Origin: Candidatus Hydrogenedens sp.
Lineage (GTDB): Bacteria; Hydrogenedentota; Hydrogenedentia; Hydrogenedentales; Hydrogenedentaceae
NCBI GenBank assembly: GCA_049968235.1
Contig: JBMFRC010000009.1
Location: 1 to 64,000 of the forward strand
Length of the DNA: 64,000 nt
Direction: 5' to 3'
A program made the position numbers and the translations under genes. A model generated the notes under the pieces. The model was given only the letters and a program-made list of their open reading frames with translations. It did not search any database and was not told where the DNA came from. Position 1 is the first letter of the stretch. Each line of letters starts with the position of its first letter. This document shows, one piece after another, positions 56,259 to 64,000 of the stretch.

Positions 56259-56960
56259 TCAACTGTTAAAAAATTCTTTTATAAGTATATTTCGGAATAT
56301 CTGTTCAAAATGAGAGCATGCTTTCTGAGCATTTGCAACGACCTGTTCATGAGTTAAGGGGAAGGATGCAAAACAATTATTCGTAACACAGGAAAACATG
56401 GATGTTTTTATTCCCAATTGTATAGCCCAATATAACTCCGGTCCTCCGCTCATACCGATAATATCACCCCCTAAAGATGTAAATAAGCGGAGTTCAGATT
56501 CCGTTTCGTAACACGGACCTGTTACCCAGATATAAGTGCCTTTGGGTTCGTAGAAATTAAATACCCACGACGGATACAGTATTGATGGGATTGGGAAAGA
56601 GTTATATTGAATAGAAATAAGTTTTTCGACTAAAACGAAATTTCCCACAGGTATATCTTTGTTCAATCCACCCACAGTATTTATTGAGACTAAATGTGTT
56701 ATCCCTTGTTCTTGAAAATAACTCAAAAAGGATTTAAATTTTTCAAATGTATATCCCTCATAAGCATGTATCCTGCCACTACATAATATTGTAGGTATCG
56801 AACCTATAAAACCGTCAATGATTTGATATTTATGTCCTGCTATTTGTGTGTTGATATCCGGAAACACATCAAACAAGGATTTTTCGTGATAACGAACATC
56901 CAGAATGTTTGTAAAATCCAAACCAGAGCCTGTTATGATTCCTAATTTTATATGTGCCAT
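56259..56960 (-). CDS. Purine nucleoside / 5'-methylthioadenosine phosphorylase family (PNP_UDP_1)
   Basis: LGIITGSGL N-terminus and family fold. Confidence 0.6.
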   Translation of the reverse strand: MAHIKLGIITGSGLDFTNILDVRYHEKSLFDVFPDINTQIAGHKYQIIDGFIGSIPTILCSGRIHAYEGYTFEKFKSFLSYFQEQGITHLVSINTVGGLNKDIPVGNFVLVEKLISIQYNSFPIPSILYPSWVFNFYEPKGTYIWVTGPCYETESELRLFTSLGGDIIGMSGGPELYWAIQLGIKTSMFSCVTNNCFASFPLTHEQVVANAQKACSHFEQIFRNILIKEFFNS

Positions 56961-57988
56961 GGAGAAGGTAAAAACAATTCTTGATATTTATTTAATGCAT
57001 ATTCATCTGTCATACCAGCAAGAAAATCGACAATATTTCTTTCCAGATAATCTTGTGTAGGTTCTTGTTCATTTTTGAATATTTCTTTGGGAGGATTACT
57101 CATAAAATAGTGGAACAATTCTTGAATAATTCTTTGGGCTTTATTAATCTCTCTTACTATTGGTTCTGACGGGTAAAGTTTTTCAAATAAATAGGTTCTT
57201 AATTCAACAATGGCATTCAATACATCAGGAACAATCTGTATATTATCCTGTGTTGAACCTTCAATAACTCCATGAACCATAGTATCAATTTGTTCGGATG
57301 TGGTTTTACCGAGAACGGAAATGGCTTTTGAAGGTAGTTGGTCAATTCTCAAAATTTTTGCACGAATTGCATCATCAATGTCATGGGTAATATAAGCAAT
57401 AACATCGCTTAAACTAACAACAAGAGCCTCATAACTTATATTTTCCGGACAGGGTTGCCCGGAAAGAATGCATTTTCCCCGAGAATGATTTCGAATCCCT
57501 TCTCGAACCTCATAAGTTAGATTTAGCCCTTTTTTACCCTGTCGTCTTTGTTCAAGAACATCCACAACACGCAAACTCTGTTCTGCATGGTTAAAACCCG
57601 ATGATGATAATTCATGAAGCGCCCGTTCCCCTGCATGTCCAAAGGGTGTATGCCCCAAATCATGCCCTAAGGCAATGGCTTCGGTTAAATCTTCGTTTAA
57701 TCTCAGCACACGAGATATAGTACGAGCAATTTGGACGACTTCTAATGTGTGCGTGAGTCGCGTTCGGTAATGGTCTCCTAAAGGGGCAAGAAATACCTGT
57801 GTTTTCCGTTTTAATCGACGGAATGCTTTGGAATGGATTATGCGGTCACGGTCTCGCTGAAAACAGGTGCGAAAAGGGTCTTCCTTTTCCGGTATTTGTC
57901 TTCCTTTTGAATTGATAGCGAGACATGCTGAGGGTGATAGCCATTCTTTTTCTCTTGCTTCATATAATTCACGAAAAAGGAAAGTCAT
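56948..57988 (-). CDS. dGTP triphosphohydrolase-like HD-domain phosphohydrolase
   Basis: HTRLTHTLEVVQIARTISRVL...LGHDLGHTPFGHAGE. Confidence 0.8.
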   Translation of the reverse strand: MTFLFRELYEAREKEWLSPSACLAINSKGRQIPEKEDPFRTCFQRDRDRIIHSKAFRRLKRKTQVFLAPLGDHYRTRLTHTLEVVQIARTISRVLRLNEDLTEAIALGHDLGHTPFGHAGERALHELSSSGFNHAEQSLRVVDVLEQRRQGKKGLNLTYEVREGIRNHSRGKCILSGQPCPENISYEALVVSLSDVIAYITHDIDDAIRAKILRIDQLPSKAISVLGKTTSEQIDTMVHGVIEGSTQDNIQIVPDVLNAIVELRTYLFEKLYPSEPIVREINKAQRIIQELFHYFMSNPPKEIFKNEQEPTQDYLERNIVDFLAGMTDEYALNKYQELFLPSPWHI

Positions 57989-58010
57989 AGAAAATAGTCC
58001 TGTTCAAGAA

Positions 58011-59363
58011 TTAGTTTATATATGAAGCGGAAGGAGATGTTTCAACAATGAACATTCCCTGAGCGGAAGAGAGTCCTAAATATTTTTGATAATATTGTTT
58101 TTCAACATGTTCCATAAAATAATCTACCTTTTCACGCGGAACAAGGTTAACAGTGCATCCTCCAAAACCTGCACCTGTAAGACGCGAACCAATAGCACCA
58201 TATTTACGAGCAATCTGGGTAAGCACGTCCAGTTCAGGGATGCTTATTTCGTAATTTTTCGCACAACTGGAATGAGATTCATTCATCAATCTGCCAAAAG
58301 CATATACATCATTTGCCAATAATGCATCTCGGGATTGTTCTACCCGTCTATGTTCTGTTATGACATGTTGAATTCGCAACCTCAAAGGGAAACCCTTTTC
58401 AGGTTCTTCAATCTCACCTAACCACAACTCACGAACATCCTGAGGGGAAATATCCAGAAGATAGGCAATTTCTTTCAGCGAGAGATAGTCTTTAGGAATA
58501 GCCTGTTCGGTAACATCTAAAATTTCTTTGAAGGTAAGGCAGAGATTACCTGACCACAGGTCCCCCAGTCGTTTGATATGCAAGTCATTACCAAATTCAT
58601 TTTGTAAATGCTTTTCTAAAATAGCACATGCCAGAGAACACATACGCGGTCCTGCATTATACCGATGCAGACAAGTTCCTGTTTTTTGAGCGCGTATGGT
58701 AGAATCGCAAACAATAAAAACATGGTCTTCAAATAAAGGAATAAGAGCAGTTCGAATAGGGAAAAAATCAATTTTACAGGCATGTCCCTTTTCCCCGTTC
58801 AATATAACTGTTTGGTCCATTCCTCCACCTTTAGTCCCTACAAAATGTTCGCCTTCCGCCATGAGTTCTGCCAATTCCAAACGTGATATATCTCTACCCA
58901 ATTCCTTCCTCAATATTTTCAAGTACGCAAGTGATGCAGTAATAACAAGAGCGGATGAAGAACTTAAGCCCGTTGCAATTGGTAAAGTGCTATTTATAAA
59001 CAAATTAAACCCCGGAAATGTCCGAACATTAAATTTTTTATTTAAAGCAGTAACTCCTGCTTTAATATAGTTATCCCATGAGCCTGTAGGTGAAGGTGAA
59101 ATTTTAGGTTGATTTAAAAAAGACAGGGGTTGAAATCGAGGGTCTTCATTGAAGAGATGTATTTCGTTATCATCTCGTCGGGAAAAGGCACAATGAACCT
59201 CTTTTTTGATAGTTACAGGAAGCACAGAAAAACCATTGTAATCTGTATGTTCCCCAATCAGATTAACCCTTCCCGGAACTCTACAGAAACCAATATTTTC
59301 AGAATTAAATAAATGACCTGGTAATTTATTTATCATCATTGTTGTTGTTAAAGTATCTGACAT
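58011..59363 (-). CDS. galK: Galactokinase (GHMP kinase family)
   Basis: GRVNLIGEHTDYNGFSVLP galactokinase signature. GHMP motif PIATGLSSSSAL. Confidence 0.8.
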   Translation of the reverse strand: MSDTLTTTMMINKLPGHLFNSENIGFCRVPGRVNLIGEHTDYNGFSVLPVTIKKEVHCAFSRRDDNEIHLFNEDPRFQPLSFLNQPKISPSPTGSWDNYIKAGVTALNKKFNVRTFPGFNLFINSTLPIATGLSSSSALVITASLAYLKILRKELGRDISRLELAELMAEGEHFVGTKGGGMDQTVILNGEKGHACKIDFFPIRTALIPLFEDHVFIVCDSTIRAQKTGTCLHRYNAGPRMCSLACAILEKHLQNEFGNDLHIKRLGDLWSGNLCLTFKEILDVTEQAIPKDYLSLKEIAYLLDISPQDVRELWLGEIEEPEKGFPLRLRIQHVITEHRRVEQSRDALLANDVYAFGRLMNESHSSCAKNYEISIPELDVLTQIARKYGAIGSRLTGAGFGGCTVNLVPREKVDYFMEHVEKQYYQKYLGLSSAQGMFIVETSPSASYIN

Positions 59364-59530
59364 AAAGGACTCTTCTCTTATAGAAAAATTTGTTATATTT
59401 TTGTTACGAAATGTATTCTTATATGAATATAGAAACTAATTATACAATTTTTTTAAAAGTAAAATTATTATTTTCTTTTGTCCATCCATAGAGAATTGTA
59501 AACAAAGATATTTTATAAGGTAAATATTAG

Positions 59531-60517
59531 TTGAAAAAAAAATTATATATCATTAGCCCCTTTCGTCTGATAGAGTATCCATGGAATTGGAAAGTATATT
59601 ATTGTGTGGAACTTTTTTCAACTTTATTTCAGCAAGGCTACATTATTAATTGGATACAGCCCGGGAAGAACCTTATCAATTTTAGTTTGTTCCCCTCTCT
59701 TTCTCATTGGAAAAATTTTTTTGTGATTAATATTGGAAATTTTTTGACCTATCGCTGGCTAATGCCTTTTTTCCTGTCAAGGTTAAAACAGGTAAGCAAG
59801 GATATAAAACCATTTATGCTGATTGAAATTATCGATGGAAGCCCGTTTCCATTAAATATAGATGAGTCCTTTGTAAATATACCTATTATTTTCTCACTAA
59901 AAAAACAATGGATTGCATCGAACAATTTTCCAGGACCTGTTATTATTCCCGAAAAAAAAATGTTAGAAGATTTAGTCCTCAGGGGAGTACCCGAAAAATA
60001 TTTGAATTATATTCCGATGGGTGTATGTTCTCATAAAAATGAAATAGAACACACAGAAAAACAACTTCAGAAAAGAATACTTATCTTCGATAAAGACCCT
60101 GGAAGACGGTTAAAGCCACTTGCAAAGCAAATAGAAAAGGACAAATCCGATTACGAAGTTGTTTATTTCGGTAATAAAGATTTAAATACTATCCCTGCAG
60201 ATGAATTTTATGTCTGGTTGCATGAGATTATTAAGGATAGAAAAATTATTGTAGTACTAAGTAGAAATATGGAGCATATAGGGATGGAATTTATATCGCA
60301 AGGAGCTATCGTATTTGTTCCCGGGTCCGGATTCTTAGTGAAAGAAGAGAACAAAAATCTATTTTTTTATAACAATCCAATGGACATTCAAGAACAGATT
60401 TATAACTTAATAGAAACACAATCCACATTACTATCTAATAATAAAATATCTTTTCCAACATGGAAAGAACTGTCTATAGAATTGAGCCGGTTATTCGCAG
60501 AATGGATTAACGAATAA
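59531..60517 (+). CDS. Hypothetical protein with GT-B glycosyltransferase-like C-terminal half
   Basis: EX7E-like segment (MEHIGMEFISQGAIVFVPGSG). N-terminal half unrecognised. Confidence 0.45.
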   Translation: MKKKLYIISPFRLIEYPWNWKVYYCVELFSTLFQQGYIINWIQPGKNLINFSLFPSLSHWKNFFVINIGNFLTYRWLMPFFLSRLKQVSKDIKPFMLIEIIDGSPFPLNIDESFVNIPIIFSLKKQWIASNNFPGPVIIPEKKMLEDLVLRGVPEKYLNYIPMGVCSHKNEIEHTEKQLQKRILIFDKDPGRRLKPLAKQIEKDKSDYEVVYFGNKDLNTIPADEFYVWLHEIIKDRKIIVVLSRNMEHIGMEFISQGAIVFVPGSGFLVKEENKNLFFYNNPMDIQEQIYNLIETQSTLLSNNKISFPTWKELSIELSRLFAEWINE

Positions 60518-61535
60518 AAACTTTTTGGTTGGTATGTGCAGATTGATAAATAGCGTCCAATACCTCCATATATCTTAGTCCATCTTCAAAATTGGGATGG
60601 TATTCTCTACCCATAGACACGGCTTCAATGAAATCTTTTTCCACACACCAATTTTTTACATCGTAAAAGTCTTCTTCTTGAGGAATTATAATTTTTCTTT
60701 CCCCATTTTTGTTTAATTCATAAAGTTTATCTTCAATTACATCATAATAAAGTGTTTTATTCTGGCTATGAATTTCGACACTTTCCTGTGGATAGTTCGA
60801 CATACCAGATATCGTTATTTGGACTGTGGCTCCGCAAACAAGTTCTAATTGAGCCTGTACCTGGTCTGGAATCTGTACAACAATAATTTCTCCTTCTGAT
60901 GTTTTTCGCGTGGGAGTAAAAATCTGGTAACTTCCCCAAACACTCTTTGTCCACCCAAACCAGCGATGTATTAATTCAATATACATACCTAAAGTTAGCA
61001 CATTCTGTCCAGATAACCGATGGTCTTTACGCCAGTGTAAAGGTTTAGTAGGGTCAAGATTGAAATCATTAAAACTATTTACCTTTACAAAATAGATTTC
61101 TCCAAGTATTCCTTCTCGCCTCATTCGAGCAATTGTCTTATCAAAAGTCATCCCGAATGGCACCGGACACAACCCAGCCACTTTACCCGTTCGAGAAGCA
61201 GTTTCATACATTTGTTGTGCTTCCAAAAGATTCATTGCCATACGAGCCTGACAAAATACATGTTTCCCTGCTTTTAATGCGGAAATACTCACCGGTGCAT
61301 GAAGATAAGGCCAGGTACCAACCCAAACTATATCTATTTCCGGGTCGTTTACTAATTGTTCCCATGACGAATATACACGAGAAATTTTATACTCCTGAGC
61401 CACTTTTTTACTTGACTGTTCTGTGCGATTTATAACGCCGATAATGTTTACATGTGGTAATTTCATTAATCCGGGGATATGTCTCTCTCTGCAAATATTC
61501 CCCAGACCTACAAAAGCAACATTAAATTTTCTCAT
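60507..61535 (-). CDS. Gfo/Idh/MocA family NAD(P)-dependent oxidoreductase
   Basis: N-terminal Rossmann VAFVGLGNICRERHIPG. Family-typical central EKP-like region. Confidence 0.75.
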   Translation of the reverse strand: MRKFNVAFVGLGNICRERHIPGLMKLPHVNIIGVINRTEQSSKKVAQEYKISRVYSSWEQLVNDPEIDIVWVGTWPYLHAPVSISALKAGKHVFCQARMAMNLLEAQQMYETASRTGKVAGLCPVPFGMTFDKTIARMRREGILGEIYFVKVNSFNDFNLDPTKPLHWRKDHRLSGQNVLTLGMYIELIHRWFGWTKSVWGSYQIFTPTRKTSEGEIIVVQIPDQVQAQLELVCGATVQITISGMSNYPQESVEIHSQNKTLYYDVIEDKLYELNKNGERKIIIPQEEDFYDVKNWCVEKDFIEAVSMGREYHPNFEDGLRYMEVLDAIYQSAHTNQKVFIR

Positions 61536-61559
61536 AGATTAAATTCTCAATAGATACAT

Positions 61560-62369
61560 TTAGTTCCTTTTATTCATTAAAAATTCAGATAACCGTTTTG
61601 GAAAATCTGTATTCAAAAAATCCACGCCTTCATTATACAGAACTTCCCAACATTCCAGAGTTTGATGGGCTCCCCAAAAACGGACTTTTCTGCCTTGTTC
61701 ATGTGATTTTGAGACAATCTCTTTTAATGTATTCAATTCCTGTGGAGGAATTTCTCCTTTGCCTTTCCATGAAAAAATAGATGACCAGTTATTACTTATC
61801 CAGGGAACAAGGTCATTAGAAGGATTTATTTCTAAATCCTGCAACCTCCCGTCAATAAAAACATAACGGTTCTTTTCTTTTTGTATCATTTCTCGCGGAA
61901 CAGCACCAGAAATGACAATGGTTACTGCACCATCCACTTTTTTCCCATTTTCTATGCGAGTAAGGTATTTCTTATAAGGTAATAATTGTTCTTTTAAAAG
62001 GGTATATGTGCTTTCTGGCTCACTTTTTATATCTATCAATAACCAGAATTCAGAAGGGCTTACATACACATGTCCGTTATTTTTCTGGACACGCTTAAAA
62101 ACGGGGTTTAAATACATATTAACAAGGTTCTTTTCGGGTTTGCACTTATCTAAATCATGAGCAACCAATAAATCACCATTAACGATATGTATATCCGCTT
62201 CAACACTACAAAAACCGTTATTTAATGCATCAAAAAGAGGTTGCGGGCGTAAATAATCATTATGTGAATGTGCCCGTTTTAAAGGAACAACATTTTTGTC
62301 CGCAGAACTGGTGAAGGGTATATACAAAAGGATAGAAATAAAAAAATGGATTAATATTTTTTTTTGCAT
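61560..62369 (-). CDS. Secreted PLC-like phosphodiesterase (PI-PLC X / GDPD superfamily)
   Basis: Signal peptide. Catalytic-type block KRAHSHNDYLRPQPLFDALNNGFCSVEADIHIV. Confidence 0.55.
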   Translation of the reverse strand: MQKKILIHFFISILLYIPFTSSADKNVVPLKRAHSHNDYLRPQPLFDALNNGFCSVEADIHIVNGDLLVAHDLDKCKPEKNLVNMYLNPVFKRVQKNNGHVYVSPSEFWLLIDIKSEPESTYTLLKEQLLPYKKYLTRIENGKKVDGAVTIVISGAVPREMIQKEKNRYVFIDGRLQDLEINPSNDLVPWISNNWSSIFSWKGKGEIPPQELNTLKEIVSKSHEQGRKVRFWGAHQTLECWEVLYNEGVDFLNTDFPKRLSEFLMNKRN

Positions 62370-62389
62370 AATATTCTTTTTGTTGTTTG

Positions 62390-62848
62390 TTATTCTGAGG
62401 TGTTTGAAACAGAATAAGGAGTTACAATTGCATTCGCAAGAGCATGCACTTTCTCACGATAATTCTTGGCTTTTCCCATAAGTAATAATAATTTTCGACT
62501 TTTTGCCGATATAGAGATTTCAAGAGTGAGGGAAGATGAATTGATTGGAATAGGATTAATTAAAGAAAAATTTGTTTGAATGGGAATACATGGACGATTT
62601 GCAAGAGAAAAAGCAAAGCAATAGAAGGCTTCAGTAAATGCAAAGGATAAATATCCCGGATGTAAAAAACCCATGCAATCTTGAAAATGAGGATTGCATG
62701 GTAGAATAAATGAAATACTTTTTCCTACTTGAACTCCAGCCACACTCATTTTCATTTCTAAAAAAGAATGTGATGGCCATTTCAAACTAAGCCCTTCAAC
62801 TTGATATTGGTCAAGAGCCTTAAAAAATTGTTCACTTAAATTATCCAC
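62390..62848 (-). CDS. Hypothetical protein (152 aa), GTG start
   Basis: ORF only. Weak resemblance to hotdog-fold thioesterases; not assertable. Confidence 0.3.
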   Translation of the reverse strand: MDNLSEQFFKALDQYQVEGLSLKWPSHSFLEMKMSVAGVQVGKSISFILPCNPHFQDCMGFLHPGYLSFAFTEAFYCFAFSLANRPCIPIQTNFSLINPIPINSSSLTLEISISAKSRKLLLLMGKAKNYREKVHALANAIVTPYSVSNTSE

Positions 62849-62927
62849 ATCTCATATCCCATATTCAATATTTTAATTTTACTATGAGATGTAATTATAA
62901 TCTATTTTTACACATTTGTCAAATATT

Positions 62928-64000
62928 TTATATCTTAGTTATATCAACCTCAGGAGCATCTATTTGTTCATAAACGGGCAAGGGTCCAATTAAAGGACGG
63001 AGATAATTGATATATTCCGCTGTTACTCCATTACCGGTTTCATTAATAAATGCATCGCTCATATATTTGGTCTTATTTGCAATCTCTTCTAATGCTTTTA
63101 ATTCATAGCGAACGACATAATCTGCTATTCGTTGAATAGAGACGGAACCTGTTTTGTTTTGTCCTGCAGAGAATTGCACTGCTTTTTCACCAACTTCTCG
63201 GGCTTCTCGCTGGTCTACTTCACTTACACAGCCTAAGAAACTTCTCTGAGGATAGCCTAATGTATCTGCACGGGCTCTGACTTTCTCGATTTTTAATTCT
63301 TTAAATCTTTCTTTCAAATATATGACCAGGTCATCTCCTAATGCTCCTGTTCCTGATAATTGAACATGTCCAAAGGAATCCATTTCTCCTTTTGTAAAGC
63401 GTTCTGCAATTGTTGTTCCACTTTCATCGTGAACACCTTCAGAAACTGCAACTAAACAACGCCCTAAACGGTCATATACTTCTTTAACATCTTTAAAGAA
63501 CTGGTCAAGTTTTAAGGGTCTTTCTGGTAGGTAAACTAAATGAGGACCATCGTCATTATACTTCTTGGCGTAAGCAGAAGCGGCGGTCAAAAATCCTGAA
63601 TGTCGTCCCATAACTACAACAATGTGAATACCTGGCAGTGCTTTGTTATCCAGATTAATTCCTGCAAATGCTTGTGCCACATATTTCGCCGCAGAAGGGA
63701 AACCGGGACAATGGTCATTAAGGACGAGGTCATTATCAATTGTTTTAGGAACATGGATGAGTCTTAAGTCATAATTTTCACTTTTGGCAGATTCGTCGAT
63801 AATTCTGCATGTCTCAGAACTATCATTTCCGCCGATGTAACAAAAATAACGTATATTATATTTTTTGAATACATTAAAAATTTTTTTACAAAATTCGGCA
63901 TCAGGTTTCTTACGGGTCGATAACAAAGCAGAAGAAGGAGTTTTTGCCACTGCTTCTAATTGATAAGAGGGTAATTCCGTTAAGTCTAATAATTTTTCAT
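62928..64000 (-). CDS. pfk: Pyrophosphate-dependent / ATP 6-phosphofructokinase (N-terminus beyond window end)
   Basis: GGDGS-type motif (YIGGNDSSET), MGRHSGFLTAASA, PFK family blocks. Reading frame stays open to the window edge. Confidence 0.8.
   Translation of the reverse strand, partial: EKLLDLTELPSYQLEAVAKTPSSALLSTRKKPDAEFCKKIFNVFKKYNIRYFCYIGGNDSSETCRIIDESAKSENYDLRLIHVPKTIDNDLVLNDHCPGFPSAAKYVAQAFAGINLDNKALPGIHIVVVMGRHSGFLTAASAYAKKYNDDGPHLVYLPERPLKLDQFFKDVKEVYDRLGRCLVAVSEGVHDESGTTIAERFTKGEMDSFGHVQLSGTGALGDDLVIYLKERFKELKIEKVRARADTLGYPQRSFLGCVSEVDQREAREVGEKAVQFSAGQNKTGSVSIQRIADYVVRYELKALEEIANKTKYMSDAFINETGNGVTAEYINYLRPLIGPLPVYEQIDAPEVDITKI

Noticed and set aside
1-64000. Looked for CRISPR arrays, tRNA/rRNA genes, integrases/transposases and prophage modules
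   Set aside because: No regularly spaced direct repeats, no tRNA T-arm/anticodon-arm signatures and no recombinase-like ORFs were seen. The region appears to be core chromosome.

Overview
AT-rich (~40% GC) bacterial chromosomal window, coding on both strands. From domain content it is probably a PVC-superphylum-like or related uncultivated lineage; this is a guess from giant repeat proteins, DUF1080, FHA-sigma54 regulators and PPi-PFK, not something the sequence proves. Left to right: (1) a partial giant secreted GLUG-motif repeat protein on the minus strand, preceded by a ~300-nt structured non-coding element that ends in an intrinsic terminator; (2) an FHA-GAF-sigma54-HTH enhancer-binding protein; (3) a gatC-gatA-gatB-rsfS-Ser/Thr-kinase operon; (4) two tiny paralogous ORFs with their own promoter, next to an ABC-F ATPase translationally coupled to a GT2/GT4/GT4 glycosyltransferase operon; (5) a hisB-hisH-tandem-USP-HDOD operon and a metallophosphoesterase; (6) a secreted Pro-rich 6xEF-hand protein; (7) housekeeping genes (coaE, tsaB, rimI, HU/IHF, uppP, MqnA-like), DUF1080 and GH78-like hydrolases; (8) a 626-aa bitopic coiled-coil protein, RbsD/FucU, a TMTC/PMT-like TPR membrane protein and a poly-Pro lipoprotein carrying two G8 homopolymer tracts; (9) a REC-degenerate-GGDEF regulator and a GNAT, then a large flagellar cluster in Bacillus fla/che-like order (flgB flgC fliE fliF fliG fliH fliI fliJ ylxF-like fliK flgD flgE | motA motB fliL fliN fliO fliP + unknown 149-aa gene). 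It is preceded by a near-consensus sigma54 promoter and lacks fliM/fliQ/fliR/flhB/flhA; (10) an EF-G paralog, a MEMO1-like protein, PNP/MTAP-like, dGTPase-like, galactokinase, GT-like, Gfo/Idh/MocA, PLC-like phosphodiesterase and a partial PPi-phosphofructokinase. I found no rRNA, tRNA, CRISPR array, integrase or transposase.
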